Positions 23,255 through 36,163 are shown, counted from the stretch's first letter. The stretch: DNA of 64,000 bases from Heptranchias perlo (GCF_035084215.1 NC_090329.1:42842001-42906000); one strand, 5' to 3'. A program made the numbers and translations. The notes: a model not told the origin generated them from the sequence alone.

Positions 23255-25090
23255 GGGGTCGATTTTGAAATAGTGGCGGGTTGGCAGCGGGGCTGAAGGT
23301 GCGCGTGACAAACCCACATAAACAAAACTTACCGTTTCCGACGCGATCGCATGGTGATGGCTGATGATTAACGTGCTCTCCGGGTTTCGCGGCCGGCAGC
23401 CAGCCTAATTGACAGGCTGGCTGCCGTCAGGGAGCTGCAACATGAGTGGGGGGGGGCGCGAGAAAGAGAAAGAGCGAGACGTCATCCAGCGCTGGAATGG
23501 AAGATCGGGGCGGTGGGAGAGTGGAAGATCGGGGGGGAGGGAGAGGAGAAGATCGGGGGGGGGGAGAGGGGAAGATCGGGGTGGGGAGAGGGGAAGATCG
23601 AGGTGAAGAGCGGGACATCAGGGGGTGAAGAGGGAGACATCAGGAGGACATCGGGGGTGGGGGGTGAAGAGGGGGAGATCGGAGAGGGAAACATCAGACA
23701 TCGCAGCAGGGTGGAAAGGTAGGTTGATTTTGTATTTTAACTTCGTGCAATGGTTTTTGATGTAATTTATTTTGTTTCTTTTTCCCTGATCCAGCCCTTC
23801 ACTCCTGGGTTCACTGGGCATGAATCAGAAGCGGTGAGCAATCCGCCCAGGTAAGTTAAAAACCATTATAATCATTTAATCTGTCACAAGTAAAGTGCCT
23901 TAAGTACCTTAATGAGATACATTTGGCTCTTTAACTGTCATCCCGCCAGCTTTAATTGCCAGCGGGATTTCCGTTTTCGGGTTGCCCGCGTGCACACAGG
24001 TGGGTCCCTGGGAAACTCGGAAGTCTTCAGCTGCTTCATCAATGACCTTCCCTCCATCATAAGGTCAGAAATGGGGATGTTCGCTGATGATTGCACAGTG
24101 TTCAGTTCCATTCGCAACCCCTCAAATAATGAAGCAGTCCGAGCCCGCATGCAGCAAGACCTGGACAACATCCAGGCTTGGGCTCATAAGTGGCAAGTAA
24201 CATTCGCGCCAGATAAGTGCCAGGCAATGACCATCTCCAAAAAGAGAGAGTCTAACCACCTCCCCTTGACATTCAACGGCATTACCATTGCTGAATCCCC
24301 CACCATCAACATCCTGGGGGTCACCATTGACCAGAAACTTAACTGGACCAGCCATATAAATACAGTGGCTATGAGAGCAGGTCAGAGGCTGGGTATTCTG
24401 CGGCGAGTGACTCAACTCCTGACTCCCCAAAGCCTTTCCACCATCTACAAGGCACAAGTCAGGAGTGTGATGCAATACTCTCCACTTGCTTGGATGAGTG
24501 CAGCTCCAACAACACTCAAGAAGCTCGACACCATCCAAGTTAAAGCAGCCCGCTTGATTGGCACCCCATCCACCACCCTAAACATTCACTTCCTTCACCA
24601 CCGGCGCACAGTGGCTGCAGTGTGTACCATCCACAGGATGCACTGCAGCAACTCGCCAAGGCTTCTTCGACAGCACCTCCCAAACCCATGACCTCTACCA
24701 CTGAGAAGGACAAGAGCAGCAGGCACATGGGAACAACACCGCCTGCACGTTCCCCTCCAAGTCACACACCATCCCGACTTGGAAATATATCGCCGTTCCT
24801 TCATCGTTGCTGGGTCAAAATCCTGGAAATCCCTTCCTAACAGCACCGTGGGAGAACCTTCACCACACGGACTGCAGCGGTTCAAGGCGGTGGCTCACCA
24901 CCAGCTTCTCAAGGGCAATTAGGGATGGGCAATAAATGCCGGCCTCGCCAGCGACGCCCACATCCCATGAATGAATTTTAAAAAAAGTCGACGGGTTGGA
25001 GCCGGCTTCCGAACCCGAACGGGATTTCCGCGATTTTCAGAGCCCCCACGCCCCCAACGCACCCACAATTTCCCCCTAAAATTGAGCCCC
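23255..25090. mobile_element. Inner non-autonomous Harbinger-type element with G-rich tandem repeats
   Basis: Ends GGGGTCGATTTT / AAAATTGAGCCCC flanked by ATG; CpG-rich; GGAAGATCGGGG repeats at 23500-23690. Confidence 0.65.
24026..24984 (+). mobile_element. LINE family B 3' fragment (RT C-terminal half plus tail)
   Basis: FINDLP...MFADDC...LGVTID; tail GGGATGGGCAATAAATG...CCCATGAATGAA(T)(A)n; TSD AAGTC at 24021-24025 and 24985-24989. Confidence 0.92.
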
Positions 25091-26311
25091 ATGTGTGTGG
25101 GATCATGGCAGGTAAGCTTGTTGGGCCTGGAGGAAACATTCCTGCTCCTCCTGGCCCACAAGCAGTGCAATAAAGGCACTTACCTGTTGATCCGGGCCTT
25201 CTCGCCTCCTTTTATAATCAGAAGGCCCGGGAATCCCGGCCCCCAGGAGTTAAAAATAAAAAACCTATTAAAATGGAGGCCCGCAGTCTCCTTAAATGAT
25301 TTTACTGACCGACCCGCCTCCTGAGTGTGGGTTGGTTGCCCACCTCCCGACCCGCCTCCGTTAAAACTGGAAGTGGACGGGTTTTACTTTTTTACAATTT
25401 TTACCTTCCCACCCATCTCAAACACATCCGTTCGTGGGGTTAAAATTTATTCCAAAGAGTCTGCAAAGGGATATAGACAGGTTAAGTGAGTGGGCAAGAA
25501 GGTGGCAGATGGAGTATAATGTGGGGAGGTGTGAGGTTATTCACTTTGGTAAGACGAATAAAAAAAGACAATACTTTTTAAATGGTGAGAAACTATTAAA
25601 TATTGGTAGTCAGAGAGATATGGGTGTCCTTGTACATGAAACACAGAAAGTTAACATGTAAGTACAGCAAGCAATTAGGAAGGCAAATAGTATGTTGGCC
25701 TTTATTGCAAGGGGGTTGTAGTACAAGAGTAAGGAAGTCTTGCTGCAATTGTACAGGGCTTTGGTGAGACCACACCTGGAATACTGTGCATAATTTTGGT
25801 CTCCTTGCCTAAGAAAAGATATACCTGCCTTGGTAAGATTCACTAGATAGATTCCTGGGATGAGTGGATTGTCCTATGAGAAGAGATTGAGTAGAATGAG
25901 CCTACACTCTTTGGAGTTTAGAAGAATGAGAGGTGATCTCATTGAAACATATAAGATTCTGAGAGGGCTTGACAGGGTAGATGCTGAGAGGCTGTTTCCC
26001 ATGGCTGGAGAGACTAGAACTAGGGGGCATAGTCTCAGGATAAGGGGTCAGACATTTAGGACTGAGATGAGGAGGAATTTCTTCACTCAGAGGGCTGTGA
26101 ATCTTTGGAATTCTTTACCCCAGAGGGCTGTGAAGTATATTAAAGACTGAGATCGATAGATTTTTGGACTCTAAGTCTCGAAGGAAATCAAGGGATATGG
26201 GCATCGGGCAGGAAAGTTGATTTGAGGTCGAAGATCAGCCATGATCTTATTGAATGGAGGAGCAGGCTTGAGGGGCCAAGTGGCCTACTCCTGCTCCTAT
26301 TTCTTATGTTC

Positions 26312-26590
26312 TATCAGGTCACCTCTAAGTTTACGCTGCTCTAAAGTAAATAGACCACGGTCCTTGAGCCTACCTGAGTAGCTAAGGTTCTTTAAGCAAG
26401 AATTCATTCTAGCAGCTCTCCTCTGGACCTTTTCCAGGGCCACTATATCATCCGCATGTGGGGAGACCAAAGCTGGGCACTGTACTCAAGACATAGTCTG
26501 ACCAGTGACCTAACCTGTATAGTGTCAAAATGGTTCCCTTTGATTTATAATGAATGGTTCTATTAATACAACCCAATACCTTGTTACTGA
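26312..26590 (-). mobile_element. Old CR1-like ORF2 fragment; possibly the same element as the 3' end at 19230-19480
   Basis: Antisense encodes LFTLEQRKLRGDLIE and LVRLCLEYSAQLWSP. Confidence 0.7.
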
Positions 26591-27488
26591 CCTTCTATCA
26601 GAAAATAATATGTAGCAAATGATCAGTATTTTTCTCTATCTCATATATATCACAATTAAGATGATTAGCAGGTACCTACATTATTGTTCAGAAGCTGTGG
26701 TTCCCCATTGTCTAAATGAGAAACCATGCCAACTTTCCTATGGCTGTGTTATCTGCTCACCAGCTCATAGAACAGAAATGTATGTGGCCTGTCTCAACAT
26801 GACATTATCTTACTGAGAACCAGTAGAAACCAGCAATCCTGAAAAATGGGAAAACAATTCAAGTACATTTTAAACATACAGCTGGAATGGGAAAAAAAAG
26901 TGCAAACCTTACCCATCTAGTCATTACTTTTTGTTCAGAAACTGGCTGATTTTACATAATGAACCTTTTGCTGCTTTCTAAAACCTGCAGGAGGATAACT
27001 GCATTGCAGAAATGTAATGCTTTTTATTTCACTCAGTGGTGTCCAGAAATTGATATTGCCTTCCCCCATTGATATCTTTTTATTAATCCCTAGAGAAAGT
27101 AAACCACAATTAGATTGTTAAGAAAACAACAAAATAAATAGCAAGCATCTCATGTAAACACATTACACACCAATTTCACACACTGCAATCAAATAAAATC
27201 TGTCCTGGTTACCTGAAAATAAACATTAATATTTTTCAAATTTTCACCTTTTCCTCCATCCTCTGGCAATAACCCTGCCGAGACATTGGGGTAGATTTTG
27301 TCTTTGTGCTATAGTGTAAAATGGGTGATAGCAAATCAGTTCCCGTTTTACGTCTCTTCCGAGTTTTAGTTCCATTGACTTCTGTCTTTTGGATCATTCT
27401 CTTGTTGCTGAAAATACCATCACAGTCAAATACTAGTTTCTTTTCATTCCATAAATAAACAATTTTTGAAAATTGGAAACAAATCCTT

Positions 27489-28099
27489 GGGGGCGATTTT
27501 AACCCTACCCATCCCGTGGAATCCAGGCGGGTGGGCAGTTAAAATAGCCCAAGTTACTTACCCGCCCTGGAGCTGATTAATTTGGATTTTCACCTGTTCA
27601 ACTGAGCAGACAGCAAGGACACATGCCCAAAGCCCGCGGGGTCCTTTTTAACATATGCATATTGGGTCCTGATGATGTCATTGCAATTTTCCCTAGGTAG
27701 CCTGAGTGGGAAGCGGCAGTGAGTTTCCCACAATAGGATCGAGGCTAGAAGAGGCCCAGAAAAGTAAATTTTCACTTTTGTTTTTACTTTCCTGGTGGTC
27801 CTGCCAGTCCCTACAAGGAAAGCAAAGGGCTGTCCTGTGTGATCTCACCTTCCCCCCCACCCACCGATCGCCAAGACCCCCACGGGATGGCCCGTTAGCT
27901 GATCCCACCAATTAACTGCTGTCAACCGACAATCTCCAGGTCGCGTGATGTTCTGTTGCTTCCCGCCGACGTCCTGCCCAGAATAGGTGGGACGTCAGCT
28001 GGTGGGATTTAACCACGGCCCGGGAGTTAAAGTACCCACACCTATATTTTTGGAGCAACGGGTGATTTTGGCTGTTTGCCCACAATTAAAACTGGAGCC
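27489..28099. mobile_element. Non-autonomous Harbinger-type element
   Basis: GGGGGCGATTTTAA start, internal GTTAAAATAGCCC, end TTAAAACTGGAGCCC. Confidence 0.45.
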
Positions 28100-28599
28100 C
28101 AATTTATAGCTTAGAAGTTCCTGTCAGCATAAAATATTATGCCCACAGCAATTGAATGACAGAAGGCAGCAATTTTGGGGGGTCTGCGAATTCGCACAAT
28201 TCCCCCCTACTAAGCCCCTGTCATTAAATTGCTGCAGGACTTTTGAGTTGGCAGCATGCTGTAGTATAAATTATGTTCTTTAAGCTTGTAGTTCTTGCTA
28301 ATTCAGGATTACTTGCTAAGTAAGAAAGGCACAAAATTGCAGGTGTGATGTGCTGATCTTGCTCATGACGTGGCACTTACAGCTCAGGCAGGTTCTTACA
28401 TGTGGGGAAGGAGAAGACAGCTGCACCAGTTTCAATCAGATTATCCAGTCAAAATGTTCACAACAATGGGGACTCCATCGTCCCTATTGGAATTGGCAGA
28501 AGAGGTTCCCCAAAATCAAGAAAGTAATGCACATGATGTTAGATGGCAAGAAGTCAAGTCTCGGGGCTTCATTAAACAGCAGGTCTCCTCCACCAGGCA

Positions 28600-28820
28600 T
28601 GGTTACTTGGTAATGACAGTAGAAATGTGCCTAAGGAGGCTGAGTTTAGCAAGGAGATCCTGACAGGGCCACGTCATCTCATTCACAAAGCCCTCCACAT
28701 ATATAACCATCCATACAGCACTGCCCGGGACTGTCAAGTTCAGTGGGGCCTTCAATTTTTACACATTGAGTTCCTTCCAGGTTAGTACTGGGGACATCTG
28801 CAATGTCAATCAGTTCATTC
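28600..28820 (+). pseudogene. HARBI1-like transposase N-terminal remnant
   Basis: MCLRRL, ALPGTVK, AFNFY, SSFQVSTGDICNVNQF by manual translation. Confidence 0.7.
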
Positions 28821-29258
28821 GGTGGGAGTGAGGTCACCACACCTCCCATTAGTGGAGACCCAAAATGATGGGCACCTACAGCAGGTGGTTTTGCTGCTCT
28901 TGCCCAGCCCCCTCAGATTGGAGGATCTGAGAAGGGGTTAGGGGCAAAGAGCTTGAGGCAGCAAAAAGGTAAGTGTCTTATTTTAATAGGGTAAGCAGGA
29001 CAACCAACAATGGAATGAAAATCGGACAGGTTCTATAAAGGGTGGACAGTCCACTCCACCAGATTACTGCCCAGATGGTGAAGATGAAGATCTACTATTG
29101 CTCAGAAAAGATGTACCAACTTCCTGGATCTTGAATATCCCTCCACTTAGATTTAACAAGGAATTATCAGTCATTTGCAAACTGAGCTAATCACACAGCA
29201 TTGCTTAAATTTGATTTAGTTCTCTCTCCAGCCTGTAACCGACAAAACTTGAAACACT

Positions 29259-30244
29259 GGGGTCCATTTTCATGCATGGTGTACATCTGGTGTGTGATGG
29301 GCAGAGTGAACGGGGCATCTGCTCAATGGCACCAGCCACAGGCCTGAACTATTTTGACGGCCCGGTCTCATTTTGGTCTCATAGGTGAGCAGCTCATGCA
29401 TTTGCAGCATTGATTGGTAGCTCGCAGATTTGAAGGGCGGGATAGCCAGCAGACGCAACACATATTTAAAGCAAGCTTGCACCTCTTAAAGGGAAGTGTC
29501 CTTTAACTTATCAGTAACTTTTGGTGCGATTTTTTCAACTTTGGGTCAAAGATATCTCCTGCCAAGGTTCCAAGGTTTAGTGATGCAGCGGTGGAAGTCC
29601 TGGTGCAGACAGATCCTCAGATGGCAGAAGGTGCCCAGGCAGATGCTGCAGCAAACCTGGAAGGAGGTGGCTGAAAATGTGAATGCCAGATGCATCATCC
29701 CCATGATGGCCCAGCCCTCCTCTTTCCTGGACTCCTTGCAGGGCCTGTTCCTGCTGTTCCTCCTCTTCCAGCAGCCAGTAAGGGATGACCAGTATCACTC
29801 CCAGCTTTCAGTGAAGCAAGCACCCCTCTGTGCTAACAGAATGGTTGAAATGCAAAATAAAAGCACAATTTCAGCCAAAAAAAACTTTCTCATCATAGTT
29901 CCTTTAACAGATAGATATCAATGATCTGACTACTTGCTCCTTTAAATATCGCTGCAAATGTCCATTTCTGCCAATAGTACTGGCAGGTCCAGCATTGAAC
30001 ATTCACCACGCTAAAATTCATGAAAATGTCACCGGGGTCCTATTGACATATAAGACTCTGATTTGCATACTTTAATGAGGCGCCCACCTGTTTCAGGCGG
30101 GAGTTCTGACCACCTATGTCCAGGCCCCGGACAAAATTGCAACAGGTGGAGCAGCAGCAGGAACGAGGCAGCATGTGCTGCACTATCATTTTTATCACAG
30201 TACCACCCCGATCCTGCCTGGCGGAGGGGACGAAAATCATCCCC
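29259..30244. mobile_element. Internally deleted Harbinger retaining both ends and Myb exon 1
   Basis: Ends GGGGTCCATTTTC / GAAAATCATCCCC; QTWKEVAENVNARCIIP fused near 29710 to antisense transposase 5' region. Confidence 0.7.
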
Positions 30245-30439
30245 ATTGTATCAAAATAAGCTTTGTATGGGGATAGTAATTGCAGCCATTTTTTTAAACT
30301 GCTTGTGTTCTTTAACTGGATTTAAAGGAACAGCTACTAAACCAAAACGAGACAAAAATATCTCATTTATGCCGCAGCCTGCTTCCCTGGAAACTCTAAC
30401 AATGCCTTAATTTTAAGCCGACCAACTGTACCACCCTCA

Positions 30440-30750
30440 CTTGGAAGGATGGCACCAGGGAGACCAAGGCTATTCTATGCACCCACGGCTCATGACACCT
30501 GAGCAGCAACATCTGGACTGATGCAGAGAGCAGAGACAACATAGTTCACGTTACAATTGGAAATACTATCAAACATTCCATTCATACCTTTGTAATATAA
30601 GGTAATGATCTGATCATATATTTCAGCTAAAGCCAGCCCAGTGGGGAGCAAGTGCACATACTGCATGGAGAGTGAAAGCTGGGCAGCACTGCATTATCAC
30701 TCCCATATCATCAGTACTACTTTAAATCCTTTCCTTCTTATTAGCCATTG
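30440..30750 (+). pseudogene. HARBI1-like transposase C-terminal remnant
   Basis: GDQGYSMHPRLMTP, TDAESRDNIVH by manual translation. Confidence 0.6.
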
Positions 30751-30922
30751 TTGATATATCCCTTACATTTGCCTCTTAAAAACAATATTCAATCCTTATT
30801 AACATTATCATCACTGCAAAACTCACTATCCACATGTCTCACTCTTAAGTCTCGCCTGCTATCTTAATGGTTCATCATATCACATTACATCCTATCCCCC
30901 ATCACCTGTAACATTGCGCACC

Positions 30923-31542
30923 TGTTAGCAGATTACTCCAGTTACTGTCAAAACTATAGGTTATTAATCCATCTAGCCCGAATGGATATAAAATAGCAAG
31001 TTTAATAGATTCACTTACAACAGAGTTGCACTACAGTTGCCTTCAACATTACATTCAACAATATTATAGTTATAATACATCTGTCTACAGATTACATTAA
31101 ATGTACCCTCTTGAGAGCTCTAACTTTTGGGTGGGAACATGCCCTCTCTATACTATTCAGCCAAGTTGTTCTGTACGTAAGCACCGCTGGTCTTATCTCA
31201 TGGTCGTAAACCATCCCACCATGCTGACGCCATGTTAGCAACTCAAGACGTAGCTAATGACCTCAACTCTCATCTCTGTTTACAAGTTGTTATGTTCCTC
31301 TGAGGAATGCGTGGTTCCTTCTTATCTGAGTACAGCCCCCCTAATTTGGCCTTGTACGGTCCCACCAATGTCAGTTTCGTCACAACACATCGCTTGTTTT
31401 GGTGTAAACCACTTTCTGACGTTAATGTTATCTATTCTATGGCCTCCCTGATGTTCTGCTGTGTGAGCTGTCCTTGTTCTCGCAAAGATGCTGAACTTTT
31501 GCCGTCCTATTTTCTATGCTTGTTTTAAACCATGTTCTTACA
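30923..31542 (-). repeat. 3' LTR (620 bp)
   Basis: Collinear with 35466-36163 apart from three deletions and scattered substitutions. Confidence 0.93.
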
Positions 31543-31554
31543 TTCCCTCCTCTT
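31543..31554 (-). other. Polypurine tract
   Basis: AAGAGGAGGGAA abutting the 3' LTR on the minus strand. Confidence 0.85.
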
Positions 31555-32323
31555 GAATCTCAGTGAACCTCAGTTGAACTCTGGTTCAATTATAGCACCT
31601 AGAAATGGGCCATCTCTTCACCTTTGGGTGTTTATAGCTCTGAAGTGTCAGCATGCTCTGTCTCTTACAAACTGTCGTTCATACACACACCGAGACACCA
31701 CTTCACCCCCTCCTATTAACACCATCCTCTATCTAAATGTTTGGGAGCTTTATGCGAGCAATGTGAGATGGAATATTGACCATGCTTGGCTCTTGGTTCC
31801 ACCCAGGTTCAATTTTCAGTTTATCCCTTAACTATCTCTTTGTTCTTGCCTAAGATCATCTTGAGTTTACATAAGCACATATGGGCACATACATATTGCA
31901 TCTAACTTTCATTTGGTTAATACGGAAACCTACAGTGTATCATAATATCAAGAAATCATGGACTTAAAAGATTCTCCAGCTCTCCTTTTATTAATATCCA
32001 TCTTGTGGATATATTATTTCTCCCAACCCAATTTCATTGTTAACGGAAAAGAACCTAATCCTGAATTTTGCAAATCTAATTTACTAGGTCCCTCTGCTTC
32101 AATTTCAATCCCTCTGATTGGTACCAGTGTTTCCTGATTGTTTCATTAATTAGTCAGTTTCTCTATGGTGCACGTGTCAGTGCCTTGTTTAAAAGATTTT
32201 CTCACTCTCCTGAGCCATGTTGATCATTTCGTGTCATGCTGTTGTCAAGTGACTGAGCATGTCTGAGACCTGTTCTTCAGTGCATCTTCATCACGCATTT
32301 CTGCTTACCAGTTGCCTCACACG

Positions 32324-33817
32324 CAACATATTACAAGTGAATATTAACTTTCTGCTGGCCAGTTTTTTCTTCCTCATTGTATTTCCAAATGTGTTTTCCA
32401 TTAGTGTTCTTTGAGGAAATAACAAGCAACATGGTTAAAGGGGATCCTGTGGATGTGGTGTACTTGGATTTCCAGAAGGCTTTTGACAAGGAGCCACATC
32501 AAAGGCTACTACACAAAATAAGAGCTCATGGTGTAGGGGGTAACATATTAGCATGGATAAAGGATTGGTTAGCTAACAGGAAACAGAGAGTAGGCATAAA
32601 TGGGTCATTTTCAGGTTGACAAGATGTAACGAGCGGAGTGCCACAGGGATCAGTGCTGGGGCCTTAACTATTTACAATCTATATCAATGACTTGGATGAA
32701 AGGACCGAACGTATGGTTGCTAAATTTGCTGATGACACAAAGGTAGGTAGGAAAGTAAGTTGTGAAGAGGAAATAAAAGGAGTCTGCAAAGGGATATAGA
32801 CAGGTTAACTTGGCAGATGGAGTATAATGTGGGAAAATGTGAACTTGTCCACTTTGGCAGGAGGAATAGAAAAGCAGTATATTATTTAAATGGAGAGAGA
32901 TTGCAGAACTCTGAGGTACAGAGGGATCTGGGTGTCCTAGTACATGAATCACAAAAGTGTTAGTATGCAGGTACAGCAAGTGATTAGGAAGGCAAATGGA
33001 ATGTTGTCATTTATTGCAAGGGGAATGGAATATAAAAGTAGAGATGTTTTGCTACAGTTGTACAGGGCATTGGTGAGACCACATCTAATACTGTGTGCAA
33101 TTTTGATCTCCTCAATTAAAAAAGGACATAATTGCTTTAAAGGCGATTCAGAGAAGATTCACCTGACTGTTTCCTGGGATAAGGGGGTTATCTCATGAGG
33201 AAAGGTTGGACAAGTTAGGCCTGTATACATTGGAGTTTAGAAGAATGAGAGGTGATCTTATTGAAACATATAAGATCTTGAGGGGACTTGACGGGGTAGA
33301 TGCTGAGAAGATATTTCCCCTTGTGGGAGAGACTAGAACTAGGGGCCACAGTTTAAAAATAAGGGGTCTCTCATTTAAGACGGAGATGAGGAGAATTTTT
33401 TTTTCTCAGATGGTCGTGAGTCTGTGGAACTCCCTTCCCCAGAGAGTGGTGGAGGCAGGGCCATTGAATATTTTTAAGGCTGAGTTAGATAGATTCCTGA
33501 TTAACAAGGGAGTCAAAGGTTATAGTAAGTAGACAGGAAAGAAGGGTTGTGGTCACAATCAGATCAGCCAAGATCTTATCAAATGGCGGAACAGGCTCGA
33601 GGGGTCGAATGGCCTGCTCCTACTCTTAATTCATATGTTCGTATGGCATACTTCATATATCCAGTAAGATTCAATCCTGTAGGAGCAACTGCTCTGTTTA
33701 AAGAGTGGTTCCAATAGCTCACCAGGCCGTAGGTCTTTGTAATCGTCTTCTTCATCCTGGTCTCTGTTTCCAAATGATGGCAACATAATTTGTATCTTTC
33801 ATGTCCATTGTAGCCAT
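32324..33817 (-). pseudogene. ERLEC1: Captured intronless ERLEC1 (XTP3-B) fragment, N-terminal part of first MRH domain; pieces 33643-33817 and 32324-32401 separated by CR1
   Basis: Manual translation [38 protein letters not shown] then GKHIWKYNEEEKTGQQKVNIH matches recalled vertebrate ERLEC1 [46 protein letters not shown]. Confidence 0.88.
32403..33644 (+). mobile_element. CR1 LINE 3' fragment inserted into the LTR element
   Basis: VYLDFQKAFDK, RRMRGDLIETYKI, CR1 3' UTR and TATGTTC tail. Confidence 0.93.
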
Positions 33818-35448
33818 TCTTGGGCTTTCAGGTTATCTTATCAAAAGATCGGGGGGGGGTGTCTGGAGATATTTGCTTCTCTCCCCCTGCAGAGTCCTGA
33901 TATCTCAGGTAGTGGCCAGACTATGAAATGCAGTTTTCTCATTGTTCAATATAGGCATCAGCACAAATATCTCCAAGAAAAAGCTATCAATTACTATTCA
34001 CAACTACACTTTCCTGATTTCACTAGATTGTACATTAATACCAGATTGATATCTTTTGGTAAATCATGCCCAGGTGATTTATTTACCCATAATCACCCAA
34101 GGCACTTACTTTAGAGAAATTCCCATTTGGTGGTGTAATTTCCCTGTTTCTATCTTATATTCTCAATCACTTCCTCTCATCTAATTTTACATATGGCATT
34201 ATATTACCATTTCATTTCATTCATGAGCCCTGGAGGAGCTTTACTGTCCAATACAATATTTACAGTTTGGTCCAATATCTTAATACATTTTTTTGTTTAT
34301 TTTACTTAAATTCTTCTTGGACCGCTTTTCATTATCCAAATTTGAGAGTAGTACTGTTGGACTGACAGGATTTGTCAATGTACAATTTTATTTCCCCCCA
34401 AAATACTTTCTTCCTTGATTCACAGCATTGGACAAGAACCATATTTTCCATAAGTCCTGGTCCAAAACGTCACCAGGCTGTGACATTTGATATCTGCCAA
34501 TGTCCACAAATAAATTCTTAACACCACTGGATCGTTTCCTGCATTTTGTGGTCCCGAAAACCATGGTCTCCTGTTTTAAAAAGAAACACAGAAAATCCAT
34601 TGTGGCTCTTCTTGAGAGCCCAAAGGGTTAAAAACAACAAACGATTCATTAATTTCCTTCTGTTATCCATTATCCCAGGACTAGAGAGGAATCCACACAT
34701 GTTTCCGTGAATGAATTTAATTACCTCACTCCAGGAGGAATAGTCAGCAAAGGGAACACAAAATTATGTCCAATATATCCTTCTATCATGTGGGGAAATA
34801 TCCACTTACATTAAGAAAATCATTTTAAATAAATGCAAAGGCTGTTGTTTTATGAATTAAAACAGATGTCGGTGTCCTTGGAAGGGGTTAACCTCTTCGC
34901 AGAAAAATAAGCAACTGACGCAGCTTGTGTCAAGGCAGTGTTCACGTAAAATTTTTTTTAAATCTTTCGTGTCAGGGAAGATATTTTAATTCGTTCATCT
35001 TATTTTTAGTTAATCCAATATTTGTTGTCAAAGAGACACAAGATTAAGTTTAATTTCTTCCACTTTTAATTGAAAGATACGTTACCCTTCACAGCTAAAC
35101 AAAATCTTTGTAACATTACACAAAAGAGAACACAAAGCAAACATTGTGAAAAGAAAGCACTAACACAGGCTTTTAAAACAAAGAACACATTCTGCAGATA
35201 GTAACGCTCTACTGATTCTTATATAATTCCTTTACAGCCTCTATGCTGTGAAAGAATCCATTCTTAACTCTTCGTCCCCCTGCACAATTTATTTCCCTCT
35301 TCTCTTTTGCTTTGAACATAAACTATACGGTGCACTCGCCATGCTTATTTCTTTCTCTATCTCTGTCTTCCTCTCCCTCTGTCTCCACCTCTCTCTCTCA
35401 CTCTCTCTATCTCTCTGTCAATCTCTTAACGCTAGTTATCTTTAAAAC

Positions 35449-35465
35449 TCGAGCCCACCCAGGGA
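35449..35465 (-). other. Primer-binding site complementary to tRNA-Asn 3' end, lacking terminal TGGCG
   Basis: Plus strand TCGAGCCCACCCAGGGA equals the recalled 3' end of vertebrate tRNA-Asn(GTT) and abuts the 5' LTR. Confidence 0.75.
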
Positions 35466-36163
35466 TGTTAGTGGATTTCTCCTGTTGCTGTCACAACTAT
35501 GGGTTGTTAATCCACCAACAATAACTTCTGCTTGATTCTAGCCCCAGTGGTTATAAAATTGCAAGTTTAATAGACTGACTTACAACAGAGTTGTACTACA
35601 GCTGTCTTCAACATTACATTCAACAATATTATAGTTATAATACAACTGTCTACAGATTACATTAAATGACAAGCAATCAATACAACCTGATGGACTTCCA
35701 ACCGTACCCTCTTGAGAGCACTAACTTTTGGGAGGAAGCATGCACTCTCTTTATACTATTCGGCTGTGTTGTTCTGTATATAAACACCGCTGGTCTTATC
35801 TCATGGTCATAAACCATCCCACCATGCTGACGCCATGTTAGCAACTCAAGATAAGCCGTTCTACATAACGTAGCTAATGACCTCAACTCTCATCTCTGTT
35901 TACAAGCTGTTATGTTCCTCTGAGGAATGCATAGGTCCTTCTCATCTGAGTACAGCCCCCCTTATTTGGCCTTGCATGGTCCTACCAATGTCGGTTTCTT
36001 AGCAACCACATCTCTTGTTTTAGTGTAAACCACCTTCTGACGTTAATGTTATCTATTCTATGGTCTCCCTGATGTTCTGCTGCGTGAGCTGTCCCTGTTC
36101 TCACAGAGATGCTAAACTTCTGCCCTCCTATTTTCTATGCTTGTTTTAAACCATGTTCTTACA
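35466..36163 (-). repeat. 5' LTR (698 bp) with TATA-like box and poly(A) signal
   Basis: Minus strand TATAAA at 35750-35755 and ATTAAA at 35566-35571. Confidence 0.9.

Larger units (their letters stand above)
22879..25454. mobile_element. Outer non-autonomous Harbinger-type element inserted in CR1
   Basis: Ends GGGGTAAATTT / AAATTTATTCC; CR1 reads GACACAA-AGAGTCTG when the insert is removed, implying about 3-bp TSD. Confidence 0.7.
19500..26311 (+). mobile_element. CR1 LINE broken into 19500-19654, 22560-22878 and 25455-26311 by nested insertions
   Basis: Collinear RT pieces MENKEMAETLNKYF, YLDFQKAFDK...FADDTK, SLQRDIDRLSEWA; ends in TTCTTATGTTC tail. Confidence 0.85.
30923..36163 (-). mobile_element. 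Non-autonomous LTR retroelement / ERV-like provirus
   Basis: Direct repeats TGTTAG...TTACA at 30923-31542 and 35466-36163; TSD GCACC at 30918-30922 and 36164-36168; PBS and PPT consistent with minus orientation. Confidence 0.93.

Noticed and set aside
23400-23720. Gly/Arg- or Pro/Ser-rich ORFs
   Set aside because: Translations of a G-rich minisatellite.
26913-26984. Minus-strand exon candidate with good CAG acceptor and GTAAG donor
   Set aside because: All three frames contain stops; at most a non-coding exon, with no support.
35449-35468. tRNA-Asn gene
   Set aside because: Only the 3' 17 nt are present, abutting an LTR; it is a primer-binding site.
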